From NCBI RefSeq assembly GCF_002571385.2, contig NW_019217830.1, forward strand, positions 470,029 through 534,028: 64,000 nt of DNA, read 5' to 3'. Below, piece after piece: positions 11,459 to 32,922 of the stretch. The notes under the pieces are model-generated. The model ran no database searches, was not told the origin of the DNA, and saw nothing but the letters and a program-made list of their open reading frames with translations. This stretch comes from Stylophora pistillata (taxonomy: Eukaryota). The position numbers and the translations under genes were made by a program. Within the stretch, counting starts at the first letter, position 1. Each line of letters begins with the position of its first letter.

Positions 11459-14391
11459 ATGAATTACCCTTCTGATGAACCTGACGACAGCCAAAATTTT
11501 CACGATGAAATCTCCTCGACTCTCAAAGGTACGTGGCGGACACAAATACTACTAAATGGTTAGATATTGGCAGCGGTGTAAGATCAGAAAAACAATTTCC
11601 ACCAAAAAAGTGATCGATTTGAAGCTTTTATCATCGTGCAGACGAACAGAGAATAATTCGAAATTTGCGTGCGTGGAATACAGTAAACAAACGCGATGTT
11701 CGTGTCAAGTAAAAGTATTACTCTCAGGATTAAACTGTTTTTTTCTTTGCTTTGGTTGAGCCGTTGATAGAGACATCATCTTAAGCCTTCGCGCTAAATT
11801 TTCCGCACAAACTACTATATTTTTCCTCAGAGACGATGTACTTTAAGTGTAGTTCTTTTCAATTTTAATTTGGCGAAAACTTGAAGACAATGACACAAAT
11901 GAGCGGTTGAAGAAACCATGCACAACAATAATTTTCTGTGTATATTTATTCCTCTTTTACCGTTGATAGAGGTTTCAAAAAACAATGTTCGCGAGCTATT
12001 TTTTCGTGTTTATGTTAAAATGGCAAAGCCTCCGAAAAACGTTTCCTCTCGTTGTTGTTCCACATTTTAGTGGATTTTAAATCAAACGGTGCAACAATAG
12101 AATGGCAGGCGACGGAAAATTAGTTAACAGTTATATTGATTCGCCTTAGATGTTCACTCTCTATACAATGGCGTGCGACAGGACACCTCTAAAATGTAAA
12201 CGAAAAAGGACAGAAATATTCCCGGCTATTTCCCAGAACGGGATTCTAGATAGTCGGACGGAATACTCGAAATTCTGCAAACGCCGCGTTTTTTTTTAAA
12301 TATTAAGAAAAAAACCCTTCAAGTGTTTCGATAATAACAACTGGATAATATGGCACAGTAATAGAAGGATATACAATAACAATGAAGGAATTAAACGTAA
12401 TGTTTTTATATCGAGCGAACGTTCGTCCGAAAATCTAAACATGCCAAATTTCCGTCGATTCCTCGAATTTGTCAAAGACGCAGAACGGAAGCAAAAAACA
12501 TAATTCAAAGTCTAGAGACCACTACAATTTTTATTTTATTCATATGTTGAATGTTTAACCTTTCGTATGCAAATTAAATTTGGAGTAATCGTTTTAAAGA
12601 ATAATCTAAAATGGTTTTCGGTGGGAAGCCAATGAATATTTTCTTTTATAATTCGTGATTCCTTTCAAAATTGTGTGACTGCTTGTTTTTGTTCTGAAAT
12701 TACACAGGACACGGAGAATAACGCGCGATAAAATCAACACGATGGTGAAAAAAAAATGATAAATTTATTATTTTATTCCATAGAGTTGTTAAGAGGATTC
12801 AAAGTCTTTTATTGAAAATTTTAGTCGGATGATGGATTATCTTTTTGTACGACCAAGTTATATTTATACCATGTATGATTCGTCGATTACTTGATCCAAA
12901 CGTGGTTGGTTAATTTCATTTTTATTAATTGCTTCTCGAAACATCTTGGTATTAATGTGGACAAAATTGTACTGAAAAGAAGAATTAAAATATGTTATCG
13001 TAGTAGATTCAGGACGTGCTATAAAGACATTCGAATTCCGGTTCAAAGTATGGACACAAAGTGTTTTTCAGCGAGCATAATGAGGTTGCATGACAAGTTT
13101 GATAGTTTAAGCGAAATCGGTCACGCGCTTTTCGTGGATATTAATCCGTTAAAACTTTACATGTACAGGTGCTTGATTTTTCAAAGCGATTAATATCATG
13201 ATTGGTATGCAAGACATCTGGCAGGAAATTTCAAATTGCCTGTATTCATCAAATTAAGTTATAGGCTACGATGTAATTTAAGAGATATTTTATGGGCATT
13301 ACGAAGTCGTTCCTTCGAAAACTATTGCCTAATCTATTTTCTAAAACGATTACTTTCCTTATCTAAAAAGTGTAATCACTTGAAGTTAGTCAGTGTTCTT
13401 TTTGCTTGAGATTTAAAATACCTTAAGACAATTGTTCCTTGATATTTTTATCGGTATCATTTCCGGCAAGAGAGACTGGGGGTGTGGGAAGGATTAACGG
13501 GTGGGGTCCAGTCGGAGGAGAGGCGTTCACCGTGTGTTAAAACCGCCATTCCACCGCTTTCCAATTAAACTGTCATAGAAACGTCAATATTTGCACTTAA
13601 ATAAATTAGGATGGGAATACTGGTGAGAAAAATTTACATTGTTAACAGGGGTATAGAGCCGGAGAGTTGACCCTAAGGGGTTCCTCGTTTAACCAAGTCT
13701 CTCTCAGCCGGATTAGGGGGAGGGTGCAATGACTTAGGGGCCGGGGTAAATGGTTGGTCGTGGTAATGCCTTGTTAAAGAAGTAGACTTCGCACTGCATG
13801 AATTTGAATTGTTGGTAGAATGATACTGTTCTAGCACTCCCCTTCTATGAGCGCGTGCACATCGTGTGCTGAGGCTCGTGGTTAACGCCTCATACTGAGT
13901 CCATAGTCTTTAGAAATCTAGACAGACGTTTACTATGCACCTCCAATTCATTTGATTTTGTTGTCGTTTTTTGCACAGACTTAGAGATATTTCTCTGTGA
14001 CCTCGCGGAGGAATCACTTCAATTACGCTTTGAAAAGCAGAGAGATGACCTCTTGGAGAAGGTGATTCAACTTCGGAAGAAGGTCACAGAGCACAAAAAC
14101 TCTCAGATGGTTACAAATGGAATCAAATCCCCGAGACCTAAAAGAAAAAGCTACCCGTTTGCGGCTGTGAAGGACAGTATGCATACGTACGCTGCGCATT
14201 TACACAAACTAAACGTGGATGGAAAACCCAAGCATCCAGGCTCACCAGAAATAAGGCGCTCAGTGGATAAACCTAAATTGCGCCCACGCTCTATGTCGTG
14301 TCCCGAAATTCGTTTCACTTTAAGTCATGCGTGGAAGACGTCCCTTCCTAAGGTTCCAGAAAACGAGGAGCTCAAAGAGTTGGAGACGTAG
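11459..14391 (+). CDS. Uncharacterised ~160-aa protein, two coding exons (11459-11528, 13979-14391)
   Basis: ATG 11459, donor AAG|gtacg (phase 1), acceptor ttttgcacag|AC; frames join to MNYPSDEPDDSQNFHDEISSTLKDLEIFLCDLAEESLQLRFEKQRDDLLEKVIQLRKK...RPRSMSCPEIRF...ELET*. Exon 1 has an acceptor at 11393 and is open from 11394, so a further upstream exon is possible. Confidence 0.7.
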
Positions 14392-15627
14392 GATCCTTGC
14401 CAGAGGAAGAATAAACGCGAAAGAATCGCATCAAGAAGTTTTCATGTTTACGTTTCTTTTTCTTGAATCACATTCCCAAATGCATGTTGACTCAAGAAGA
14501 ATGAGAATAGAATTAGCTGCGCCGAATAAAGAGAAAGGACCAAGAAATCAGCGAAGAATGGACAGTTGAAAACGGATCACGAGGTATTGTTCTCAATATC
14601 TCTGCTCCAGTCTTTCTCGCTGTTTGTGGTACATAACTATAGACATTCGCAAACGAAGTGATCTGAGGTGGTCTTTTATGAGTAATGATAGGATAAATTA
14701 AACCTGGGAGAGTTTGAAGCCATGGATTCACACTTTTTTTAAGGTCTTAGTTCAAGTTCGTCACGCCATTTTCGCTCGAATGTGACCAGTGCGTCACACA
14801 GACCGGGGTCACGCAAGAAATGACATTTTTATATTGCCGACAAGTCTGACAGTCACAGAAAATAACAGTCGTAACATAAAAAAGGATGTTATATTAACTT
14901 GATTCCGACGTTGAGCCGAATTTTCGTACGGCCCTATCTTAAGGTTACAAGATCTAATGTGGATTGTTTTATCTGATTTTATACATTTTTATTTATTTCG
15001 AGAATTCTATTTGCTTGTGCATGTAAGGTAATAAACGAGTTACGCTTTCACGCCTTTTGTATGCTTACATCTTACTGAATTTTATGGGATCTTAAATGGT
15101 TAAAGTCATTGTAACAAAATTGAACCGATAGCTTACCCATACCATGCCATACCCTCTTTCTGCTTCTCCTCGACTTTGGATATAAGGCAATGAATTTTTT
15201 CGGCGCTGTATCCTTTGAGAGTTTTCTGCCGATGCCTATTGTTGCGGATCAAGAATAATTCTCAAATTCAAACACGCAACATTTTTATGGAGGGCATCAA
15301 CATGAGAAAATAAGGGAGTCGAAAAGAATATTTCTAGCTTATGCCCTGCGATACGTCGATTTTACCACTAGAAAGTTTTTTGCACGGAAGTTTGTTTTCA
15401 CCGGCGACCGCCTGACAGCTTAACTGCATCCAACGTCATGAACAGCAAGCGGTCATGACGGACGGCGACGACACTGGTTTTGTCGAAGAAGAACTAAGCG
15501 GACGTCAGGGAAACAGACTTCCGCATCCGTCCTCTATTAAATCGGAGAACTGGGTACTAAGTGAGCCCATAAGCATGCCGCTGAAATCGAACATGGCGGA
15601 CGGACGTGATGTTTTCGCGACGTTTAT

Positions 15628-24940
<9,313 letters not shown>

Positions 24941-26049
24941 CTTCACGCAATAGGAGTGAATCATTCACTTTCTTTATTTTGATTGATTTGTGGCCTGAAT
25001 CCGCGGAGAAAAAGAGAAAAACCACACTTTGGTGTGAGGGCAGTGCTCTACAAATTTTCGTCGCCTAAACTGTGGCCTTCGTCCGAGAGATACATTTATA
25101 TCTTTAGACCAGAGTTGAATACACGTGGAAGTACTTTGGAACTGCGATTTAGCTGAGGGAACAAACTTATCGAGTTTCGACAACAATTCACTTTGCATCG
25201 GATTTGACCGATCCAAGAAAGCAAAGTGGTTCAGGAGTTGGAAGTTCTTAAGTGCTTCAAGTAAGTTAAGGTGACGCGTGGTTTTTCAAAACAAAACAAG
25301 AGAAGACAAAGTGTAACTTTACTGCAGTGAAGACAGTCAAGAGAATATAATTGTTGCACCGTCGTTTATGAAATTAAACCAAACGAAGCAAAACATCTGG
25401 ACATTTTTGGTTGTAACTCCTACAAAGAAATATGACGAGTCGTTGTAATGTTGGCCGCATGTATTTTTAGCAACAAGATGAAAGAAACTCTCTCTGTTCA
25501 ATATGATGACACAGTATATCACGGCCTAAGAATTATGTAAATTACAGCCGGAGTTTTTTCGTTTGCAATCTGCGTTAGTTTTTTGTATCCTTTTTCCACC
25601 TTGATTTACCATTAACCCTTGAGAATTTTTCTTTCTTTCCATCTATGTCTGAAAGTGGAGACTTTCCCAGTTTGACGGCTTATAGATACGTTTTGTACGG
25701 TGCAGCAAAAGGGAATTATCTTCACATAGCTCAGTTAAAACTTAGCTAGTAACCATTCCTCTGCACAATTCTCGTTCCTGTCCATCTGCATCAGGAGCTT
25801 GAAGGAAAGAATTGCTTACCTAATATATAAAGTAACGCCGAAAATCTCAGTGACCAATTTGCTTCACTCAAACAAATTTCATCCACACGGTAACCGCAGA
25901 GGCCTCAGATGGCCCCAGAAGATCAAGATTACTTCCTGTTTTATCGTTTGATTTGATGGGACGTAGAGAAGCCACCTGACAACTGTAATTAAGGATACTT
26001 CTTCACTTAGCTTAGTGGACCCAAAGGTCTCTTCCAAATGTTTATCATT

Positions 26050-26293
26050 CAGGGTCGCGTTGTTCAAAGGTGGGTTAAGATAGCCCAGGGTTAGTGTGAA
26101 ATTTGATTTCAGATCTGAAAGCTTTAACAGAAAAGTTAGTTTAATTCCATTTGTCTCCAATTTGATGATTGAATGCTCTATAAAGAACTGGGAAAATTAT
26201 CCCAAAAGGGGTTTTGAACAGAGAAATAGAAAAACCTGGATTAAGATTTAACCCTGGGTTAGCGCTAATCGGCCTTTGAACAACTGGGCCCTG
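26050..26293. mobile_element. MITE with short TIRs
   Basis: cagggtcgcgttgttcaaagg pairs with cctttgaacaactgggccctg. Confidence 0.65.
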
Positions 26294-26646
26294 AAGAGCA
26301 AATATAACAAAAGCATTATCTTATTCCTCGATTCGTCACTTGACATTCGTTTTTTACTTGTTTTGAACCATATTTCTTCATTTCCCTTCGAAGTCCAAGT
26401 CCACTGTATCACTTTTATCAAAAGTAGTTCCTTTGCGGCACTTGTTCTTTGTTTCGAAAATGTCCTTATCTTTATTTATGACAGCATATACCGACCTGTT
26501 TATATAGCAGTGTTGACTGTGCATATATCGTTGTGTTTACTTTGGAAGCGACGCGGTTAAATATTAAGCAAAAAACCACAAACTTGTATCGTATTCCATA
26601 TAGCTAACTTCAAACGAATGTGACCTTGTCCATCGCGTCCCGAAGC

Positions 26647-27225
26647 ATGGCAAAATTTTCAAGAGTTCAGTTAATTCTCGTGTTTTGTATTTTAGTAACG
26701 GTGAGCGGCGAGGAATCGGCGAAAAGTACAGTGACACAAAATTATTGTCCGTATTTCAAAAACCGAGCTCCGGTTCCTCAACCGGGTCTGAAGAATTGTA
26801 CGTGGTACAAAAAAAATGCCTGTTGTCTTCAAAGCGAGCTGGACCTGATATTCCCGTCAGTTTTGCCACCGCTTGGAGCAAGTGAGCGATGTTTGCGGTA
26901 CACCAACTTTCTCATGTGCTACGTTTGCGCCCCCGATCAGAATTTGTTTTACGACAATGAACGTTTGACCGTATGCGGAGGTTTCTGTGACAAATGGTTC
27001 ACCGCCTGCGGTGAGGCAAAATTCAAGGGAATGAAGATTAAAGAGCTGTTTAAATCCGGAAAAGAGTTTTGTCGAGCGAGGAAATTTTCGGTGGGTAAAG
27101 CTAGCAGGAAAGATTGTTTTAGTTTTGAACAAAAAGTCGTGAGCTTTGCCTTGCCAAGGCTTCCTTTAGGACATTTTCTGTGGTTGGCTGCAACAGTGGT
27201 TGTCCTGGTCGTGGATGGTCAATAA
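26647..27225 (+). CDS. Folate-receptor-family (Folate_rec/riboflavin-binding-like) Cys-rich protein A; signal peptide and hydrophobic C-tail; intronless CDS
   Basis: ATG 26647 MAKFSRVQLILVFCILVTVSG; 12-Cys pattern CPYF..NCTWY..ACC..C..CYVCAP..VCGGFCDKWFTAC..FC..CF; tail FLWLAATVVVLVV. Confidence 0.85.
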   Translation: MAKFSRVQLILVFCILVTVSGEESAKSTVTQNYCPYFKNRAPVPQPGLKNCTWYKKNACCLQSELDLIFPSVLPPLGASERCLRYTNFLMCYVCAPDQNLFYDNERLTVCGGFCDKWFTACGEAKFKGMKIKELFKSGKEFCRARKFSVGKASRKDCFSFEQKVVSFALPRLPLGHFLWLAATVVVLVVDGQ

Positions 27226-28319
27226 AAGTAGAGGTAAACCAGCATTTCTTATGATGTTTAATATAATTTTTCTTTGGTAACCTTTTTACTTAATCCAGAT
27301 TTGGTTTTGCTGGATATGGTGTTTGTACGTGGCATGTTTAATTTAACAGATTGGACCACAGATCGGATCAAGGATCGGATCACGGATCGGATCAAATGAA
27401 ATGAAAATACAGGAAATTTTGTAACAATGTATGGGGCCTTGGTCCAGCTGAGAAGGATTTCTCAAATTCATTTGCAAGGTCACTTTACAAAGTAAATTTT
27501 CTTCATTGTTGAGCAGATAGTGTTTTCTTACTGTAACTATCAGCTTCATGTTGGGTGTTCCTTGTAAATATAATGGAACCACAGTAACTCTAAAATGTAT
27601 AGATTTAGCCAAGCCTAAAAGCAGAGCTCCCAAGTTTGTAATATTAATGATAACATAAGAGATGTGCATTTGCCAAGACTTGTCTGAGTCACCCCTCCCT
27701 TCAATTTGATAGTCTCCCCTACCCTACCCGTGCAATCTGAAGGCAGGTACATACGGAGGTACGCTCGTTTAGTCACGTGACAACCAAATGAAAAGAGGTT
27801 GACTATATTCCATGGGTATGGGGCTCTGCCCCACGTACACGTAGGAGCCCCGCTATTATTTGTTATTATTATTAATATTATTACTATTATTAATAAATGA
27901 AAGTTAATTATCTATGGATAACTAATAGGTCCTCTAGGTATTGAACAACTAGACCCAGAATGTCTATTTTTGTTTTCCTTTCACTATACTTGCATTGCTG
28001 CGCAGCCACAAGTTTAAACTAAGTTATCTGTGACCGATTGCTTTCTAGGAATGCTGCTGCCTTTAAGATGTTGACGGAAAAGAAGCTGGTTTCCACTTTT
28101 TTCTTTCCATTGTAAAGCCCTTGGTGTGGTGCAGTAAAGTAAATTTCATTGTAAAATTGTTTTTGTGAAAAGGTTGTGGTTATGAAGACAACAGCCAATA
28201 ATAAGGATTACAATGATTATATATGAATGAAGCAATTGCTCAAAGAGCTCTTGGGGCATCTTTCTCTCTCGTGTGGAAGAGCATTTCAATGGCATAGGCT
28301 GCGAAACACAAACACCTTG

Positions 28320-28570
28320 CATTGTTGCTGACTTTTGAATCTTGTAGACATAATACTGATTATAACAACAATCCAAATATCGCAAGTAGTCTGAGTTCTT
28401 GTGGTTTGGAATGAGCTGAAGGTGGCACCTTAGGCTCATTCCACATTGCAAGAACCTGGCACCTTGGGCTCATTCCAAACCACAAGAACTCAGACTGCCA
28501 GCAATATTATTAAGATTGTTGTTAAAATCAGTATTATGACCATAGGATTCAAAATTCAGTGACATTGCAA
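28320..28570. repeat. Imperfect ~250-bp palindrome (MITE-like)
   Basis: gtctgagttcttgtggtttggaatgagc pairs with gctcattccaaaccacaagaactcagac; outer arms cataatactgatt / aatcagtattatg. Confidence 0.7.
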
Positions 28571-28737
28571 AAATAATTGGTGCATACCACAGAACAGCAT
28601 AACCTTAAATTGTTCACACACACACACAAAAAAAAAATTTAATTCGTTACATTTTTTGAGTCATTACCTTGGCAATCACAATGGCAATTCACCCATCGCA
28701 AAAATGTTTATATATTTAACAATTATTCCACGAGCAT

Positions 28738-28776
<39 letters not shown>

Positions 28777-28952
28777 AGCGCCTCGTTGGCTATAATCATC
28801 TCATATCCAACAAGTGTGAGTGGAATAATTGTTTTATTAAAAACGTTAAATTAAATGATTAAATTTTATTAAATTTTTAGCTCTCTTTTAATTTTAAGCT
28901 GACACGTACGCTTACCATATTTGTAGATCATGGTATATTGGTTGATATACCT

Positions 28953-28999
<47 letters not shown>

Positions 29000-30284
29000 T
29001 AGTTTTTAATAAAGATATATATACATATGTATATATTATGCTCACTACACTCATAATATCATTATGTTTAGATTAAATAACATTTGAGTTACAATTTTTT
29101 GTACGGGAGTGCAGTACTATAAATATCATTGGCCATAGTGGTAGCTCAATAATTTTCCTATCTCAAAAAAAAATCCTTATTTGTTTTTAATTTCTTCTGT
29201 CAAATGATTTTTGATCCATTCTTTCATTCTTTGTTATACAATCTCTACGTTTTACAATTTGATTGTAAACATGAATGACATGAAAAATCCGTTTGAAAAT
29301 TGATCATTTCGGGCAAGTAATTCCTTTAATAAAATACGATCGAAATGAAAGAGAAGTTTCATTCTTTGTCAAATGTCTGAAAACTGATTCCATAAATACA
29401 CTGTTTTTAAGTCTCTGACGAGACATGTATCAGATTAATTCCATTTGTAGTCAATACTATGACAGCAATTTAGACATTTTGTGCCAAAAATGATATTTTT
29501 GGTTGAAAGGCTGCCACGCTGACCCATGTGAAATTGAAGTACATGTTTAGCTACATACTTGGTTGCCAATAAAAAAGAAAAGCTTGAATATTTTGCCATG
29601 TTTTATGTGGCGCAAAGATATATTTGGCATTTGACCATAAAAACAAATAATGACTGTAATTTCCGAACTTTGAACCTATAAATCGAGAGAACCGGTAAAA
29701 AAAAACAGCATTTTCTTCGAATGAAATGTTATATCGAAATCTTGTGTAATATGTTCCCAGTTTTTCTTTTTTTTTTTTTTAATTGTTCCATCTTGCCATG
29801 TAATTCGCATTTGACTTACTTCGTAGTCCAGTTTCATAAAAATATTCGCGTGCACTGCAGAGTGCATACTAAATTGTTCCTTCAGCTGGCGTAGAGACTA
29901 TTTCAAGGTCAATGATAAGTATTGTCTGCAATAATAAATGCTCTTTCAAGTAAAATGATTATAACTCGATATATTAGCATAATTTCGATCCCTTGTTTGT
30001 TTTTCCTCTAAGAAAAGAGCTTTAAAACGTGCTTTCCCGAGGAAACCTGATATAATTTTCTGCAACTTTTGACATTTACCTTTGTTAAAAGTGCTACTTC
30101 GAATTTTCACGTGAATGATGATATGTGGGCTTACCTTATTACAGCTGTTCACACACGTCTTTATGTGAGCTCATGGATTAAATTAGGTTTTCAACTGTGT
30201 GATTTGAAAGGCACGAATAAAAATCCGTAATACGTAGTAAACCTTAGCCCTCGGATTATCGTGGGATTGCGTGACGGTGTTTGC

Positions 30285-30893
30285 TCATAACAAAACACAG
30301 TGCTTAGCTACAAGAGACAACATTCCTAAGACAGCTATGAACTTGCTATCGACGCTTGATTGTTGGGACGCACTGTTTGCGTTGGGTTTTCCTTTATAAG
30401 TGAAGCACTTTCCGCGAGCTTCCTTGTCCGTTTTGAATCGACGTGCCTTGCAGAAGTCTTGGCCATTTTTGTAAACGCGCTTAAGTGAACGCCCTTTCAA
30501 GATTGCGTTTTGGCACGCGTTATAGATGCGATCGCAGAATTCTTCGCAGACGGTCAGAGTAAATTCCTTGAAAAACGTATTTTGATCCGGCGCACATATG
30601 TAGCAATATAAGTAGTTCATATACTGTGCACACTGGCCGGTTGCACCTTCAAGTGGTGACAACTGACGAAAAGCAAACTCAATTTCTTCGTCATAACAGC
30701 ATGAATTCTCTTTATACCAAGTGCAATTTCTCAAATTGTCCTGCCGAGACGGACCTCGATTCTTGAAGTAAGGACAATACTGCACATCGCTGTTCGTTCT
30801 TTCAGCTCCGACAACAACAAGCAAATTATTCAAACCACAACATGTCCAGAGTAAAAACAAAACAATGAACTGATCATCCAAACTTGTCTTCAT
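30285..30893 (-). CDS. Folate-receptor-family Cys-rich protein B, paralog of A; intronless CDS
   Basis: ATG 30893 MKTSLDDQFIVLFLLWTCCG; YCPYFKNR identical to A, NCTWYKENSCC, CYICAPDQN, LTVCEEFCDRIYNAC, FCKARRF; Ser/Asn spacer and hydrophobic tail typical of a GPI signal. Confidence 0.85.
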   Translation of the reverse strand: MKTSLDDQFIVLFLLWTCCGLNNLLVVVGAERTNSDVQYCPYFKNRGPSRQDNLRNCTWYKENSCCYDEEIEFAFRQLSPLEGATGQCAQYMNYLYCYICAPDQNTFFKEFTLTVCEEFCDRIYNACQNAILKGRSLKRVYKNGQDFCKARRFKTDKEARGKCFTYKGKPNANSASQQSSVDSKFIAVLGMLSLVAKHCVLL

Positions 30894-32259
30894 GGCAAGA
30901 TTCCCTTCAAAAGGCACTGTGTATCGATGTCGCTGTTTACTTACAACGCAAGTGCGTGTTCTTAAACCAATACCGCCACTTGTAAATACGGGCTGTTGTT
31001 GATGACTGACTCGATCGCTCGCAGGTTTCAGAGGCGATTAAATGTTCCAATTCAGCGTTCAGTCTGCGTGAGCTGAGAGATTTTAGCTAACCGTCTAATA
31101 GTTGTGGGCAGTCGTTCGCTGTAAGCCACTCCCGGAAATATAGTAGACCAAATACGAGAATCGTCGACACTGTAAATTAACCTGGTAACTTGTTTTAATT
31201 AACTGGGACGATAATTGACATTTTGTCAGTACCACCCTCAGGGAATCACGAACATCGAACAGGCGGCAATGGGGCGTGACGGGGGGTAAGTCTTCGTATC
31301 AAAGTTAGGATATAACGTTCGTCCAGAATATTCGATGTTTGATAAACAATATTACGTCAGAACCCCATAGAAACTTTTACTATAAGTACTAGGTTCCTAA
31401 GGAAGCTCGGGTGCTATTTTATTTCTGAGAAAAGAGGGGGGTAAGGGTAAGTACTCTTCAAGTCTTTAGCAGTCCAGGGTATGGTAGTGAACTTTAAGTT
31501 TTATCCCATGCCTTTTTCATGCTTTCCACGAGAAAATTATATTTAGGTATTGGGATTCATTTACCATATTAAGGAGGGGGATTTGGTTGAGAGGTGAACA
31601 TTTCCTGTCAAATTTTGTACTTAAAAGTGTTTACTGCAATTGTGGGAGTATTGTTTGTTCACAATTGAAATGATTTAATGATATCAGAGCTGAGAAACAG
31701 TTCTGAAAAGAATGCATAATTGTTCAGCCAATGAGATCACAAATATTCCAAGTTTAGAACAAGCACCTACATCTATAGTGATCTTCTGTTTTGCAAGGGC
31801 CTAAATATTGTGGATTTGTGTGAAGAAAATAATTGCATCAATAGCCAAAATAAAAAAAAATAAAAAATAGGACTCTAATTTGTTGAGTGGACATGTCAGT
31901 TAAGCCCAAATTTTCTTCCCCCATTTTTCTTGCACAAAACTGACCTAAGCCAACTTTCAAACTTTACTGACATTTTAATTCCTAAGATCTGGTCAGCAAT
32001 TCTCCTGTTACAATGCTAAACATTTTATTATATATTGGTAACAAGACATAGATATCATCATCAAGATAAAATAGTCTAGCTGATCAATATGTTTATGCTC
32101 ATTGTCTGTTCCCTGACCTTAACCATATCCCTTCTCACCAGTGAGACCTGGTAATGGCCTACCTAACTGCAGAGCTCTCTATAGCTCAGTGATTGAGCAT
32201 CCAAGTGTAGAATTAGAAGGTCTGAGGTTTGATTTCTCGTAAGGACTAAGAAAAGTAAA

Positions 32260-32440
32260 CCTTTACACTCCCAGGATCTGATTGTTGATCCTCCCCTCTT
32301 GCTACAACACATCTTATAAATTAGTGACATGAATTTCCACCTGACAAGTTTAAATAATCTCATAACCTGTTTGCTAAACAATGTATAGATATTATAGGGA
32401 GAAGTTACATGTGAATCACATCTGGGAGTTAAAGGGTTAA
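32260..32440. mobile_element. Abundant TTAACCCTTT...AAAGGGTTAA-ended MITE family; other copies at ~16033-16243, 21455-21655, 34861-35030, 37020-37410, 62940-63140
   Basis: Shared internal motifs aagatct..ttgttaattctcc, ttacctgtttgct, ggagaagttac and ctgggagttaaagggttaa. Confidence 0.7.
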
Positions 32441-32495
32441 GGAAGAGTCTATTTGCCAACACTGACTTAAATGCTACCCTTCATGTCTCTCCTGT

Positions 32496-32800
32496 GGAGG
32501 CATGGTGGCCTCATGGTTGGTGCACTCAACTCCAGATCAAATGGTTTGGGTTGGAGACCTGGCTGGGGACATTATGTTGTGTTCTTAGGCAAGACACTTT
32601 ACTCTCACAGAGCCTCTCTTCACCCAGTTGAATTACATGGGTACTGGCGAATTTAATGCTGGGGGTAACCCTGCGATGGACTAGCATCCCACCCAGGGGG
32701 GGAGTAGATTTACTCATTGTCACTCCATGCTACAGAAACCGGAGTTGAGCATTGGCCCCATGAGCCACATGGCTCCTAAGTAGGCTTTACCTTTTTACCT
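32496..32800 (+). mobile_element. tRNA-derived CORE-type SINE
   Basis: tRNA-like head ggtggcctcatggtt, core tgtgttcttaggcaagacactttactctc, body gggtaaccctgcgatggactagcatccc, tail ctttaccttttta. Confidence 0.75.
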
Positions 32801-32922
32801 TCATGTCTCTCTTGGGGAGAAAAACAGACCTAAGTTACCATGTATTGCATGATTGTACTCAACTGACAACTTATACTGTAACAATTATAGCAATATTAGT
32901 TAACAATCCTGAGACCATTGTC

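Noticed and set aside
27355-27395. 12-bp ggatcggatca repeats (and agaatttacac repeats at 59635-59686)
   Set aside because: Short slippage repeats with no evidence of function.
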